Below are positions 8,633 through 19,439 of a stretch of 55,242 bases of DNA, in pieces. The stretch spans positions 1 through 55,242 of the forward strand of contig JAVCDB010000017.1 of NCBI GenBank assembly GCA_030765205.1, read 5' to 3'. The position numbers and the translations under genes are program-made. Origin of the DNA: Candidatus Aadella gelida. Lineage in GTDB: Bacteria; Omnitrophota; Gorgyraeia; Tantalellales; Tantalellaceae. The notes beneath the pieces are model-generated. The model searched no databases and was not told the origin of the DNA. It worked only from the letters and a program-made list of their open reading frames with translations. The first letter of the stretch is position 1, and the number at the start of each line of letters is the position of its first letter.

Positions 8633-9859
8633 ATGATGCGAAGGGTTAAGGTGGGCAGTAAAGTTTTTAATAATCTGGTAGCAAGAGGAGACCAGGGTAA
8701 AATGAGGTTACAGAAAAAAGTTTCCGGTATATTGGAAAAAGTGCGGACAGAAGGTGATACTGCGCTTATAAGGTATACAAAGAAATTTGATAAGGTCGAA
8801 CTTAAACGTAAAGATCTTCGTGTTACCGAAGCTGAGATAAGCGGCGCTTATCAGGACATTAAACCTGAAATAGTGAGTACTTTGAAAGAGGTAATCGATA
8901 ATATAAATAAGTTCTACAAGAATCAGGTTCCAAAATCATGGAGTATGAAGCATGACTCGGGGGTAGAATTGGGAGAGAAATTCGTGCCGATAGAAAAAGT
9001 CGGTGTATATGTTCCCAGTGGTACGGTACCTTTGGTGTCGAGTGTGTATATGACAGTTCTTCCGGCGGTTATCGCCGGAGTTAAGAAAATAACTCTTGTT
9101 TCGCCACCTAATAAGTATAACAGCATAGATCCGCATATACTGGTCATGGCTAATCTTTTAAAAGTGGATGAAATATACAAGATAGGAGGGGCACAAGCCA
9201 TAGGTGCTCTTGCTTTTGGGACAAAGACTGTGCCTAAGGTTGATAAGATCGTTGGTCCGGGAAATGAATATGTTACTGAGGCTAAAAGACAGGTTTTTGG
9301 GTATTGCGATATAGACATGCTTGCAGGCCCCAGTGAAGTTCTGATAATAGCTAATCATCATGCAAACATTGATTATCTTAAACAGGATCTTATGGCACAA
9401 GCCGAACATCACAAAGGATTGGCGATACTTGTTACGCCGTCAAAGAAAGTATTTAACGCGTTACGTGACGATGCTTCAATAAAGGGGTATCTGATCAAAG
9501 TGAAGAATCTCGAAGAAGCTGCCGAAGTCTCTAACATGATAGCTCCTGAACACTTGCAGCTTATGGTGAAATCGCCTAAACGTGTAGCGAAGAATATTAC
9601 GAATGCCGGGGCGATATTTCTGGGGCAATATTCACCCGTAAGTTTGGGGGATTATGTAGCAGGACCGAGTCATGTACTTCCAACAGGCGGGACGGCTAGG
9701 TATTCTTCAGGATTGAACTTGAGAAGTTTTATGAAAAGTTCTCATATTATATCGTATTCACGTAAAGCTTTATGCAATTCGGCGGGATGGGTAAGAAATC
9801 TTACTAAACTTGAAAAGTTAGAGAAACATTGGGAATCAGTAAGCATAAGGTGTGAATAG
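8633..9859 (+). CDS. hisD: Histidinol dehydrogenase.
   Basis: HisD-like sequence is conserved throughout ([25 protein letters not shown]). Confidence 0.95.
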   Translation: MMRRVKVGSKVFNNLVARGDQGKMRLQKKVSGILEKVRTEGDTALIRYTKKFDKVELKRKDLRVTEAEISGAYQDIKPEIVSTLKEVIDNINKFYKNQVPKSWSMKHDSGVELGEKFVPIEKVGVYVPSGTVPLVSSVYMTVLPAVIAGVKKITLVSPPNKYNSIDPHILVMANLLKVDEIYKIGGAQAIGALAFGTKTVPKVDKIVGPGNEYVTEAKRQVFGYCDIDMLAGPSEVLIIANHHANIDYLKQDLMAQAEHHKGLAILVTPSKKVFNALRDDASIKGYLIKVKNLEEAAEVSNMIAPEHLQLMVKSPKRVAKNITNAGAIFLGQYSPVSLGDYVAGPSHVLPTGGTARYSSGLNLRSFMKSSHIISYSRKALCNSAGWVRNLTKLEKLEKHWESVSIRCE

Positions 9860-9906
9860 AGCAGACTGTAGAGAGGTTTTTACTAATATACAAGAAGGGG
9901 GCGAAT

Positions 9907-10554
9907 ATGTGGCCATTCGGTAATAAAAAAGCAGGCGGTAAGAATAAAGACAGAGTAACGAAATATAAAAGAGTTTCCAAGGAAACCCAGATCGAGATAT
10001 CTCATTTTAATATTGACGGTAAGGGAGACAGTAAAGTGTCTACTTCTATAGGGTTTCTCGATCATATGATAACGCTTTTTGCGTATCACGGATTCTTTGA
10101 TTTAGATCTAACAGCTAAAGGCGATACTCATGTAGATAATCATCATCTAAATGAGGATATAGGCATAGCGCTCGGAGAAACTTTTAAAAAGGCGCTCGGT
10201 GACTGCAAGGGGATAAAAAGAACAGCTTTTGCTGAAGTGCCGATGGATAAGGCTAAGGCAAAAGTATCCGTTGACCTGTCAAACCGGAGCGCATTTGATT
10301 TTCAGGAAAGACGCGGATCTTCTGCTAATGAAATAAAGGATGATGAAGGTTATTCCATGGATCTGGCAAAGGATCTTCTGGAAAGTTTTGCAAATAAAGT
10401 GTCTATGAACCTGCATGTTGAGGTCTCGGGAGAAGGGGATATGCATCATTATCTTGAAGCTGTTTTCAAAGCTTTAGGTATGGTGATGGATAAGGCAACT
10501 CAGATAGACCCGCGAAGAGCGGGTGAAGTACCGTCAAGCAAAGGAATATTGTAA
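9907..10554 (+). CDS. hisB: Imidazoleglycerol-phosphate dehydratase.
   Basis: The motifs GFLDHMITLFAYHG and DNHHLNEDIGIALG are present. The RBS is AAGGGGG. Confidence 0.95.
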   Translation: MWPFGNKKAGGKNKDRVTKYKRVSKETQIEISHFNIDGKGDSKVSTSIGFLDHMITLFAYHGFFDLDLTAKGDTHVDNHHLNEDIGIALGETFKKALGDCKGIKRTAFAEVPMDKAKAKVSVDLSNRSAFDFQERRGSSANEIKDDEGYSMDLAKDLLESFANKVSMNLHVEVSGEGDMHHYLEAVFKALGMVMDKATQIDPRRAGEVPSSKGIL

Positions 10555-10580
10555 CAGACTGCAGTTTGCAAGGAACGACA

Positions 10581-11189
10581 ATGATAGGAATAATAGATTA
10601 CGGATCAGGAAATTTAAGAAGTGTATATAATGCGTTCCGATATCTCGGAGAGGACGCTAAAATATGCGTGTCTTCTGATGAACTTAAAAATGTTGATAAA
10701 ATCATCTTACCTGGGGTAGGGTCATCTAAAGATGCTATGGAAGGTCTTTCTCAGAGGGGTTTTATCGATGTTTTGAAGAAGGATATTGCAGAAGGTAAAC
10801 CTTTCCTGGGGATATGCCTGGGGCTTCAGCTTCTTTTTGAAAAAAGTGAAGAATCCGGAGGTACCGAGGGCCTTGATCTGATAAGAGGCGAAGTAAAACT
10901 GTTCCCAAATGATACCGGCCTGAAAGTTCCGCAGATAGGATGGAACACGGTAGAGTTTAGAAAAAAAGAATGTCCTATATTCAAAGGGATTGATAGCGGG
11001 ACGTATTTTTATTTCGTGCACTCATATTACTGTGATAGCGAAGAAGCGGATTATGTCGCCGGAGTTACGGAATATAGCAGGAGGTATACTTCTGCTATCT
11101 GGAAAGATAATGTTTTTGCGGTACAGTTTCACCCTGAAAGATCTCAGAAAAGTGGTCTTAAAATTTTAAAGAACTTTATTGAATTATAA
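10581..11189 (+). CDS. hisH: Imidazole glycerol phosphate synthase, glutamine amidotransferase subunit.
   Basis: The sequence begins MIGIIDYGSGNLRSV, has the GICLGLQ catalytic Cys and the motif FHPE. I prefer the ATG at 10581, which has an AAGGA RBS, over the TTG at 10566. Confidence 0.95.
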   Translation: MIGIIDYGSGNLRSVYNAFRYLGEDAKICVSSDELKNVDKIILPGVGSSKDAMEGLSQRGFIDVLKKDIAEGKPFLGICLGLQLLFEKSEESGGTEGLDLIRGEVKLFPNDTGLKVPQIGWNTVEFRKKECPIFKGIDSGTYFYFVHSYYCDSEEADYVAGVTEYSRRYTSAIWKDNVFAVQFHPERSQKSGLKILKNFIEL

Positions 11190-11194
11190 CAACT

Positions 11195-11569
11195 GTTATC
11201 CCGAGCGAGCGTAGCGAGTCGAGGGATCTGAATGAAACAGTATTTCGTATACATCGCAAGTAGTTATAGAAAAACCCTGTATATTGGAGCTACAAGTGAT
11301 CTAGTAAAACGTATATATGAACACAAGAATGGATTAATCGATGGTTTTACTAAAAAATACAATATTAAAAACCTTGTATACTATGAAACAACAAATGATG
11401 TCAATAGCGCAATAAGCAGGGAAAAGCAATTGAAGAAATGGAAAAGAGATAAAAAGGAAAAATTGATCGCTGCAATGAATCCTGATCGGGAAGATTTGTA
11501 TGAGGCAATAATTTAGATTCCTCGGCTCCTCTGCTTCGCTAAAGCTTCGCAGAAGTCGCTCGGGATGAC
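11195..11569. mobile_element. GIY-YIG gene cassette bracketed by inverted GC-rich elements, inserted between hisH and hisA.
   Basis: The left element is 11195-11229, GTTATCCCGAGCGA...TCGAGGGATCT. The reverse complement of the right element 11515-11569 reads GTCATCCCGAGCGA...CCGAGGAATCT. There is a perfect 11-bp IR, ATCCCGAGCGA at 11198-11208 versus 11556-11566. Confidence 0.45.
11232..11516 (+). CDS. GIY-YIG nuclease superfamily protein (small URI-domain protein, COG2827-like).
   Basis: The sequence FVYIASSYRKTLYIGATSDLVKRIYEHK carries the GIY and YIG motifs. Its size of 94 aa is typical of stand-alone GIY-YIG proteins. Confidence 0.85.
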   Translation: MKQYFVYIASSYRKTLYIGATSDLVKRIYEHKNGLIDGFTKKYNIKNLVYYETTNDVNSAISREKQLKKWKRDKKEKLIAAMNPDREDLYEAII

Positions 11570-11581
11570 AAAAAGAGGGAA

Positions 11582-12340
11582 ATGAAGATAATACCTGCAA
11601 TAGACTTGATTAACGGGAAGACCGTTAGGTTAGAACAAGGGAAATATGATCGTAAATTAAGTTACGATATAGATCCTGTAGATGCCGCACGTAAATGGAA
11701 ATCTATGGGAGCGGAACTTCTGCATGTTATAGATCTGGACGGAGCCAAAGAGGGTAAACCGGTTAATCTGAATGTTGTGGAAAAGATAGTTAAAGAAGTG
11801 GGCGTACCTGTAGAAGTTGGAGGAGGGTTCCGAAATACTGGGGATATACAAAAAGCTATAGATATTGGAGCGTTCCGGGTAATTATTGGGTCCAGGGCAT
11901 TTGAAGATAGAAGTTTTGTTGGAAAGTGTATGAAAGAATTCGGTGATAAGGTTATCTTCAGCGTTGATGTTATAGATCTTAAAGCGAGTGTACATGGGTG
12001 GATGGAAACAATTGATGACGATATCTATAAAAAACTATTACCGTTTTTTCTGTCGAATGGAGTTAAAGAGATGATCTATACGGATATTAAAAGTGATGGT
12101 ATGCTTTCGGGTCCGAATATAGAAGCTCTTAAATCAATATTTGAGCATGTAGATTTAAAAATAGTATCAGCGGGTGGGATAAAGGATATAGAACACATAA
12201 GACAACTTAAAAAAATCGAAGCAAAACCCGGGCAGTCTCGTGGAGTGTCGGGTGTAATCATAGGACGAGCCCTTTATGAAGGGACAATTGACTTAAAAGA
12301 GGCGATTGATGTTAGCAAAGAGAATAATACCGTGTCTTGA
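11582..12340 (+). CDS. hisA: ProFAR isomerase HisA.
   Basis: The sequence starts [17 protein letters not shown] and has the motif DLDGA, with a TIM-barrel pattern similar to HisF. Confidence 0.95.
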   Translation: MKIIPAIDLINGKTVRLEQGKYDRKLSYDIDPVDAARKWKSMGAELLHVIDLDGAKEGKPVNLNVVEKIVKEVGVPVEVGGGFRNTGDIQKAIDIGAFRVIIGSRAFEDRSFVGKCMKEFGDKVIFSVDVIDLKASVHGWMETIDDDIYKKLLPFFLSNGVKEMIYTDIKSDGMLSGPNIEALKSIFEHVDLKIVSAGGIKDIEHIRQLKKIEAKPGQSRGVSGVIIGRALYEGTIDLKEAIDVSKENNTVS

Positions 12341-13067
12341 TGTAGCCGATGGACGCGTTGTAAAAGGGATAAATTTCGTTGATCTGCGTGATGCGGGGGA
12401 TCCGGTAGAGAACGCCAAGATATATAACGATGAAGGTGCTGACGAATTGGTATTCCTTGATATTACCGCTAGTCATGAGAACCGAAAGACCATGGTGGAT
12501 GTGGTAAAGCGTGTAGCTGAAGAAGTGTTCATGCCTTTTACTGTGGGAGGAGGAATATCATCCAATGACGATATCAGGCAGCTTCTTAATGCCGGATGCG
12601 ATAAAGTTTCAATGAATACATCTGCTGTTCTGAGGCAGGATCTTATAAAAGAAGCAAGTGATAAATTCGGATCGCAATGCATAGTTGTGGCTATCGATGC
12701 TAAACGAAAAGATACAGCTTCTTGGGAAGTGTATATTAAAGGCGGCCGTGATGCTACAGGTATTGACGCAGTGGAATGGGCTCAGAAAGCGGAAAGTTTA
12801 GGTGCCGGAGAGATACTTCTGACAAGCATGGATAGAGATGGAACTAAAGATGGATTCGATATAGAACTGACTAAGGCGATAAGCGAGAGAGTTAAAATAC
12901 CCGTTATAGCTTCAGGTGGATGCGGGAGTCCGGAACATTTTGCCGAAGCTCTTATTTCAGGTAAGGCGGACGCGGCACTCGCCGCAAGTGTATTTCATTT
13001 TAAAGAATTCTCGATAGGAGAAGTAAAAGAGTATCTCAGAGAGAACGGTGTAACGGTTAGGGATTAG
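12309..13067 (+). CDS. hisF: Imidazole glycerol phosphate synthase, cyclase subunit.
   Basis: The motifs [25 protein letters not shown] and [12 protein letters not shown] are present. I prefer the ATG at 12309, which has an AGAGG RBS. Confidence 0.97.
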   Translation: MLAKRIIPCLDVADGRVVKGINFVDLRDAGDPVENAKIYNDEGADELVFLDITASHENRKTMVDVVKRVAEEVFMPFTVGGGISSNDDIRQLLNAGCDKVSMNTSAVLRQDLIKEASDKFGSQCIVVAIDAKRKDTASWEVYIKGGRDATGIDAVEWAQKAESLGAGEILLTSMDRDGTKDGFDIELTKAISERVKIPVIASGGCGSPEHFAEALISGKADAALAASVFHFKEFSIGEVKEYLRENGVTVRD

Positions 13068-13185
13068 AGATATATGCGCCATACACGACAGGTTCTGAGG
13101 ACACTTTTCTCGGGGGAAGTGTAAACCTATCCTTCAAAATGTCCCCAGAATATATGTTCATTTTTATGCTGGATGAGGAGAAAAT

Positions 13186-13572
13186 ATGAAATTAATAGAC
13201 AGATTAAATTTTGACGAAAAAGGGTTAATACCGGCTATTATACAGGATGCTGCAAGTGGCAAGATGCTTACCTTGTGCTATATGAATGATGAGGCGTTGA
13301 AGAGAACCTTGGAAGAAAAGAAGATATATGTTTTCCGCAGGTCTAAAGGCAGAGTAATGATCAAGGGAGAAACTTCGGGATGTGTGCAGACCGTCAAAGA
13401 ATGTTATATTGACTGCGCGGAAAATTCCGTACTTTTCAAAGTTAATCAGGACAGAGCTGCCTGTCACGAAGGGTATTTCAGCTGTTATTTTAGAAAAATA
13501 GACGATAATGGGGATGAAGTTATCGAGGAAGAACGCGTATTTGACCCAAAAACGGTCTACAAAGATAAATAA
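13186..13572 (+). CDS. hisI: Phosphoribosyl-AMP cyclohydrolase, monofunctional with no HisE domain.
   Basis: The motifs GLIPAIIQD, ETSG and ACHEGYFSCYFR are present. At 128 aa, only the cyclohydrolase domain fits. Confidence 0.93.
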   Translation: MKLIDRLNFDEKGLIPAIIQDAASGKMLTLCYMNDEALKRTLEEKKIYVFRRSKGRVMIKGETSGCVQTVKECYIDCAENSVLFKVNQDRAACHEGYFSCYFRKIDDNGDEVIEEERVFDPKTVYKDK

Positions 13573-13575
13573 ATT

Positions 13576-15051
13576 ATGTATTATCCAAGTAAAGAAAAAT
13601 TCATAGAATTGTCCGATAAGGGGAACGTTATTCCGGTTTATAGCGAGATAATGGCAGATTTTGATACCCCGCTATCGGCATTTCTTAAAATAGATGAAAG
13701 TGATTTTTCATATCTATTAGAATCTGTTGAAGGTGGAGAGAATCTAGGCCGGTATTCCTTTTTGGGGAGCAACCCTTCTCTTGTTATCAAAAGCAGAGGG
13801 AATAAAATAAAAATAGTGCGTGACGGAAAGACCGAAGAATATTCTACGGAAACGGATCCTGTTGAAGAGGTAAAGGAACTGATGAAACAGTTCAAATTCG
13901 TCGGTACGGAATCGTTACCAAGATTTTGCGGAGGGCTTGTCGGGTATATGGGTTATGATATGGTGCGTTTTATGGAAAATATCCCTGATAATAATCCTGA
14001 CGAGTTCGTTATGCCTGACATGCATATGGTGCTCACCGACACTATACTTATCTTTGATCATGTCGATCATAAAATAAAAGTGGTTTCAAATGCCATAGTG
14101 GAAGGCTCTCCGGAAGAGGCGTACAAAACGGCTTGTTCAAAGGTAGACAGAATAATAGAAAAACTTAAAGCAGATATAAAAAAACCCGAAGCAGGGTCTA
14201 GTGCAAATACTCCGGGAGAAGTGAAATCTAATTTTTCCGAAAAAGACTTTTGTGAAAGTGTGGAAAAGGTCAAAGAATATATACGAGCCGGAGATATTAT
14301 ACAGTTGGTGCTTTCTCAAAGATTCAAGAAACATACGGAGGCGGATGCATTCTCTATATACAGAGAACTAAGGTCAATTAATCCATCGCCCTATATGTAT
14401 TATCTTAAGTTCGGGGATTATAAGATCATAGGATCTTCGCCAGAGATATTGGTAAGATGTGAGGACGGTGTAGCGGAAGTAAGGCCTATTGCAGGGACGA
14501 GGCCGCGAGGGAAAACTGAAGAGAAAGATAAAGAGCTAGAAAAGGAACTTTTAGCAGATCCAAAAGAGCGAGCCGAACACATAATGCTGGTGGATCTAGG
14601 ACGTAATGATATAGGCAGGGTATGCGATTATGCGAGTGTCGAGACAAAAGAAGTTATGCATATAGAAAAATATTCGCATGTTATGCATATTGTGAGCAAT
14701 GTTACGGGAAAACTAAGAAAAGATAAAGATATTTATGATCTCATAAGAGCGACATTTCCGGCAGGAACGGTTACTGGAGCTCCTAAAGTAAGGGCTATGG
14801 AGCTTATAGATGAACTTGAGAATTCGAGACGCGGACCTTATGCAGGATGTGTGGGGTATGTAAGTTTTTCGGGTAACATTGATATGTGCATCACGATAAG
14901 AACGATAGTTATGCGTGAAAAAAATGCGTATATCCAGGCCGGAGCAGGTATTGTTCTGGATTCTGATCCGAAAAATGAATATAAGGAGACTGTGAACAAG
15001 GCTAAAGCTATGATGAAAGCTATTGAAGCCGCGGAAAAGGGGATAGAGTGA
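13576..15051 (+). CDS. trpE: Anthranilate synthase component I.
   Basis: The motifs LLESVEGGENLGRYSF, PSPYMYY, GTRPRG and GPYAGCVGY are present. Confidence 0.95.
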   Translation: MYYPSKEKFIELSDKGNVIPVYSEIMADFDTPLSAFLKIDESDFSYLLESVEGGENLGRYSFLGSNPSLVIKSRGNKIKIVRDGKTEEYSTETDPVEEVKELMKQFKFVGTESLPRFCGGLVGYMGYDMVRFMENIPDNNPDEFVMPDMHMVLTDTILIFDHVDHKIKVVSNAIVEGSPEEAYKTACSKVDRIIEKLKADIKKPEAGSSANTPGEVKSNFSEKDFCESVEKVKEYIRAGDIIQLVLSQRFKKHTEADAFSIYRELRSINPSPYMYYLKFGDYKIIGSSPEILVRCEDGVAEVRPIAGTRPRGKTEEKDKELEKELLADPKERAEHIMLVDLGRNDIGRVCDYASVETKEVMHIEKYSHVMHIVSNVTGKLRKDKDIYDLIRATFPAGTVTGAPKVRAMELIDELENSRRGPYAGCVGYVSFSGNIDMCITIRTIVMREKNAYIQAGAGIVLDSDPKNEYKETVNKAKAMMKAIEAAEKGIE

Positions 15052-15611
15052 TCCTTGTTATAGATAATTATGATTCGTTTACATACAATCTTGTTCAGTA
15101 TCTGGGTGAATTAGGTGAAGAGATTGTTGTTCATCGGAACGATAAGGTTATGGTGGACGAGATAAGAGCTATTGCGCCAGACAGGATAGTTATTTCACCA
15201 GGGCCTGGTCGTCCTGATGACGCCGGTATATCGAAAGATGTTATCCGGACATTTGCGGGTGAAATTCCAATACTTGGTGTATGTCTAGGGCATCAATGTA
15301 TAGCCGAAGTCTATGGTTCATCGGTTGTTAGAAGCGACCTTATAATGCATGGCAAGGTAAGTGACGTTTTTCATGATGGAAAAGATATTTTTAAAGACGT
15401 GCCAACACCTTTTACAGCGACAAGGTATCATTCGCTTATAGTGGATCGGGAAAGCGTGAAGCCTCCAATCGAGGTGACTGCCTGGACCAAAGACAAAGAG
15501 ATAATGGGTATCAGACATAACAAATATCCTATATGGGGAGTACAATTCCATCCGGAATCAATTCTGACCGTTGAAGGAAAAAAGATATTGAAAAATTTCA
15601 TAAAGATGTAG
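15048..15611 (+). CDS. trpG: Anthranilate synthase component II (glutamine amidotransferase).
   Basis: The motifs ILVIDNYDSFTYNLVQYL, GVCLGHQ and QFHPES are present. The start overlaps the trpE stop. Confidence 0.93.
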   Translation: MILVIDNYDSFTYNLVQYLGELGEEIVVHRNDKVMVDEIRAIAPDRIVISPGPGRPDDAGISKDVIRTFAGEIPILGVCLGHQCIAEVYGSSVVRSDLIMHGKVSDVFHDGKDIFKDVPTPFTATRYHSLIVDRESVKPPIEVTAWTKDKEIMGIRHNKYPIWGVQFHPESILTVEGKKILKNFIKM

Positions 15612-15617
15612 GTGACT

Positions 15618-16637
15618 ATGAATATAAAAAAGGCTATTGAAAAAGTTGTTAATCTTGAGGACCTTAGCGAAGGTGAGATGAGGTCTGTATTTAGAGAGAT
15701 AATGGGAGGTAAAACGACTCCGGCGCAGATAGGTGCGTTTATTACGGCTCTCAGAATGAAAGGTGAAACGGTGGACGAGATCACCGGAGCGGCGAAAGTA
15801 ATGAGAAAAAAAGCCGCACGCGTAAAAATAAAAACTAAAAACACGGAGCTTGTTGATACTTGCGGCACCGGGGGGTCAGGCACGAAAACATTCAATATTT
15901 CCACATTGGTCGCATTTATTCTAGCGGGTGAAGGCGTTAAAGTAGCTAAACACGGGAACCGTTCTGTTTCTAGTAGTTGTGGCAGTGCTGATGTACTTGA
16001 AGAATTGGGAGTAAAAATAGATATAGCGGCTTCTAAAGCGGCTAGATGTATCGATAAAACGGGATTAGGGTTCTTGTTTGCGCCGCTTTTTCATGGAGCG
16101 ATGAAGCATGCCAGTTTGCCGCGCAGGGAGATTGGCGTAAGGACAATATTTAATATCCTCGGACCTTTGTGTAATCCTCTTGGAGTAAAGAGACAGATCA
16201 TGGGTATATACAAAGAAGAGCTTACGGAGGTCATGGCCAAGGTACTTAAAAAACTGGGTTCCAAAAGGGCTTATGTTGTCTCCGGGTGCGGAGGTTTGGA
16301 TGAAGTTACTATAGCAGGCAGAACAAAGATCAGTGAACTTAAGGGCGGAAGGATTAGGACATATTATGTCACTCCCGGCACATTCGGGTTTAAAAAGACC
16401 CCTATATCGGAAATAAGAGGAGGGAGTACTAAAAGAAACGCTAAAATATTGAAAGATGTTTTAGGCGGAGCGCGAGGTCCAAAGCGCGATGCTGCTCTCA
16501 TGAACGCTGCTGTAGCATTTATGGTATCCGGAAAAGCTAAAAATATAAAAGAAGGCGTTAAAATGGCTGAGAGGTCCATAGATTCGGGAAGGGCTCTTGA
16601 AAAAATGAAAATGCTTATCAAAGCAACCGATAAGTAA
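15618..16637 (+). CDS. trpD: Anthranilate phosphoribosyltransferase.
   Basis: The motifs DTCGTGGSGTKTFNIST and KHGNRSVSS are present. I prefer the ATG at 15618, which has an AGGTG RBS, over the GTG at 15612. Confidence 0.95.
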   Translation: MNIKKAIEKVVNLEDLSEGEMRSVFREIMGGKTTPAQIGAFITALRMKGETVDEITGAAKVMRKKAARVKIKTKNTELVDTCGTGGSGTKTFNISTLVAFILAGEGVKVAKHGNRSVSSSCGSADVLEELGVKIDIAASKAARCIDKTGLGFLFAPLFHGAMKHASLPRREIGVRTIFNILGPLCNPLGVKRQIMGIYKEELTEVMAKVLKKLGSKRAYVVSGCGGLDEVTIAGRTKISELKGGRIRTYYVTPGTFGFKKTPISEIRGGSTKRNAKILKDVLGGARGPKRDAALMNAAVAFMVSGKAKNIKEGVKMAERSIDSGRALEKMKMLIKATDK

Positions 16638-16655
16638 AACCAGGGTTAGGGATAT

Positions 16656-17432
16656 ATGATACTATCTAAGATCATAGAAGAAAAAAGACGAGAAGTGAAC
16701 AGGCTTCGCAGTAAAGTTTCCTTTAATGTTTATAAGGAACAGGCCGAAAAGTTCTATGTGAATAGTCAGTTCAAAAAGAACATTTCAAGAAAAGGGCATA
16801 TAAATCTTATTGCCGAAATAAAGAAAAGTTCTCCGTCACAAGGCGTGATACGCGTTGATTTTGATCCGCTCCGGATAGCAATGACCTATCATGGTGCAGG
16901 CGCGGGAGCGATAAGTGTTCTTACAGATGAAAGATTTTTTGATGGTAAGCTAGAATACCTCGGCATGCTGAAGAAAAGGGTTACATTACCTCTTTTACGC
17001 AAAGATTTCATAATAGATGAATATCAGATATACGAATCTGTTCTCAGCGGAGCGGATGCTATACTTCTCATAGCGAATATACTTACTCAAGAAGAGCTTA
17101 ATCGGTATCACAGTATAGCTAAAGGGTTGGGGCTGGATATTCTGGTAGAGGTGCATAATGAAGAGGAAGTAGAAAAAGCTCTGAATTGTCATGCTGCCAT
17201 AATAGGGATAAACAATCGTGATCTTACAAGTTTTAATGTAGACATATCAGTTACACAAAGACTTATAAGGCTTATACCCGAGAACAAAATTATAGTTTCA
17301 GAAAGCGGTATAAAGACATATGAACAGATAATGTTCCTGAAAAGTCTGGGAGTGAACGCAGTACTTATCGGAGAAACTTTTATGCGCTCCGAAAATATTG
17401 GCGCAAAGGTAAGAGAATTAATGAAAGAATAA
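16656..17432 (+). CDS. trpC: Indole-3-glycerol phosphate synthase.
   Basis: The motifs IAEIKKSSPS, LRKDFIIDEYQIYES and GINNRDL are present. Confidence 0.95.
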   Translation: MILSKIIEEKRREVNRLRSKVSFNVYKEQAEKFYVNSQFKKNISRKGHINLIAEIKKSSPSQGVIRVDFDPLRIAMTYHGAGAGAISVLTDERFFDGKLEYLGMLKKRVTLPLLRKDFIIDEYQIYESVLSGADAILLIANILTQEELNRYHSIAKGLGLDILVEVHNEEEVEKALNCHAAIIGINNRDLTSFNVDISVTQRLIRLIPENKIIVSESGIKTYEQIMFLKSLGVNAVLIGETFMRSENIGAKVRELMKE

Positions 17433-17435
17433 AAT

Positions 17436-17456
17436 AGTGAACAGTGAGCAGTGAAT
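17436..17456 (+). repeat. Tandem heptamers AGTGAAC AGTGAGC AGTGAAT.
   Basis: Three in-phase 7-nt units start 4 nt after the trpC stop. The complementary unit type ACTGTTC occurs at 43511-43538 and 27174-27180. Confidence 0.75.
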
Positions 17457-17566
17457 GGTAGAGATTGCATCACTTCGCTCACAATGACGTTCTGGGCAAA
17501 TAGTGTAATAGTTAAAAAGGAGAAAGGTTCGTCGAAGGGGATTAGAGTATCGGTCAATTATACGGT

Positions 17567-17594
17567 TCACGAATCACGGATCACGGATCACGAT
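17567..17594 (+). repeat. Tandem heptamers TCACGAA TCACGGA TCACGGA TCACGAT ending 4 nt before the trpF ATG.
   Basis: There are four in-phase 7-nt units. No Shine-Dalgarno sequence lies between the array and the ATG at 17599. Confidence 0.85.
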
Positions 17595-17598
17595 CATA

Positions 17599-18270
17599 AT
17601 GGTTAAGGTAAAAATTTGCGGAATAACTAATATTGAAGATGCAGAAGCTGCGTCTAGGTACGGAGCGGATCTTCTGGGGTTCATTTTCGTTGAAGGTACT
17701 CCAAGATATATTGAGAAAAGTTCCGCAGGAAAGATTATAGAGACTCTTAACAGCTCGGGATTCTCGGATATCAAAAAAGTCGGTCTTTTTATAGATGAAG
17801 AGATAGATAGTGTTGTAGATGCCGTATCGTTATGTGGGCTAGACTGTGTTCAGCTTGCAGGCAGTGAAACTCCTGCATATTGCAGCATTCTTAAAGAAAA
17901 ACTTCTTGAAAAATGCGAGAGGAATATAAATATAATAAAAGTTTTTAAGGTGGCAGAGAAAATACTGCCCAATGGATCTTATGATATAACGGAATACGAA
18001 AACGTTGATAACTATATTTTTGATACGTTTGATCCCCAAAAAGCCGGGGGGATCGGGAAACAGTTTGATTGTGAGATAATTTTACGAGAAAAAGATAAGT
18101 TGCAGAAACCATTCTTTATAGCAGGTGGACTTACCGCTGATAAAGTTCAGGATATCGTGCAGACAGTTACTCCTTATGGGGTAGATGTCTCAAGCGGAGT
18201 GGAACGCGAGCCTGGCAAAAAAGATGCTGTACTTTTAAAGGAGTTTATTCAAAATGCAAAAAGTGCCTGA
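17599..18270 (+). CDS. trpF: Phosphoribosylanthranilate isomerase.
   Basis: The sequence starts [27 protein letters not shown] and carries a TrpF C-terminal GGL motif. Confidence 0.93.
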   Translation: MVKVKICGITNIEDAEAASRYGADLLGFIFVEGTPRYIEKSSAGKIIETLNSSGFSDIKKVGLFIDEEIDSVVDAVSLCGLDCVQLAGSETPAYCSILKEKLLEKCERNINIIKVFKVAEKILPNGSYDITEYENVDNYIFDTFDPQKAGGIGKQFDCEIILREKDKLQKPFFIAGGLTADKVQDIVQTVTPYGVDVSSGVEREPGKKDAVLLKEFIQNAKSA

Positions 18271-19435
18271 CAGAAACGGATATTTCGGAGACTTTGGAGG
18301 CAGGTATGTACCGGAAACGCTTATGCCTGCGGTAAAAGAGCTTACCGAAGCATACAGTAAAATATGCGGAACAAGATCCTTTAAGGAGAAGCTGGAATAT
18401 TATCTTGAAGAATATGCCGGACGTCCAACGCCTTTGTATTATGCGGAAAAGCTTACCAGGAAATTTGGTAAGGCCAAAATATATCTTAAACGCGAAGATC
18501 TGCTGCATACAGGCGCTCATAAGATAAATAACACTATTGGTCAAGCTCTATTAGCGGTGGAGATGGGTAAAAAAAGGTTAATTGCCGAGACCGGAGCGGG
18601 ACAACACGGTGTAGCAACGGCTACTGTGGCGGCGCTTTTTGGTCTGAAATGTGATGTTTATATGGGCGAAGAGGATATTAGGAGACAAAGTCTGAATGTG
18701 TTCAGGATGAAACTTTTGGGAACTAAAGTCATTCCTGTGAGTAGCGGATCAAAAACGCTTAAGGATGCCATGAATGAGGCTATCCGGGATTGGGTTACAA
18801 ATGCCGCCGATACACATTATGTTATCGGGTCCGTTGCAGGACCGCATCCTTATCCTATGATGGTAAGAGATTTTCAGGAAGTTATAGGGATAGAGACTAA
18901 AGTGCAGCTTAAAATGGCTGGAGAGAAAGGTCCTACACATCTTTTGGCATGCGTAGGAGGGGGAAGTAATGCGATGGGTCTTTTCTATCCTTTTGCTGAA
19001 GACAAAAAAGTAAAGTTTATCGGAGTAGAGGCGGCAGGTTTCGGAGCGAATACACCTCATCACGCGATAGCATTGGGTAAAGGGAAAGTAGGCATACTTC
19101 ACGGGAGCAAGAGTTTCCTGCTTGAAGACGATGATGGCCAGATAAAACTCGCGCATTCCGTTTCAGCAGGTCTTGACTATCCGGGAGTAGGACCCGAGCA
19201 TTCTTACTATAAGATGATAAAAAGGGCCGAATATGTTTCTGTGAAGGATAAAGAAGCGCTTGAAGGAGTCAGAATGCTCTCGGAGATAGAGGGGATAATA
19301 CCGGCTTTAGAAACCGCTCATGCGATATATTATCTGAATAAACTTGCTCCTAAAACTGCTAAAAAAGATATTATCGTTGTATGTCTCTCGGGACGCGGCG
19401 ACAAAGACATAGATATAATGAAAGAACACATGTAA
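18254..19435 (+). CDS. trpB: Tryptophan synthase beta chain.
   Basis: The motifs [13 protein letters not shown], the PLP lysine region HTGAHKINN and GGGSNAMG are present. Confidence 0.97.
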   Translation: MQKVPDRNGYFGDFGGRYVPETLMPAVKELTEAYSKICGTRSFKEKLEYYLEEYAGRPTPLYYAEKLTRKFGKAKIYLKREDLLHTGAHKINNTIGQALLAVEMGKKRLIAETGAGQHGVATATVAALFGLKCDVYMGEEDIRRQSLNVFRMKLLGTKVIPVSSGSKTLKDAMNEAIRDWVTNAADTHYVIGSVAGPHPYPMMVRDFQEVIGIETKVQLKMAGEKGPTHLLACVGGGSNAMGLFYPFAEDKKVKFIGVEAAGFGANTPHHAIALGKGKVGILHGSKSFLLEDDDGQIKLAHSVSAGLDYPGVGPEHSYYKMIKRAEYVSVKDKEALEGVRMLSEIEGIIPALETAHAIYYLNKLAPKTAKKDIIVVCLSGRGDKDIDIMKEHM

Positions 19436-19439
19436 GAGC

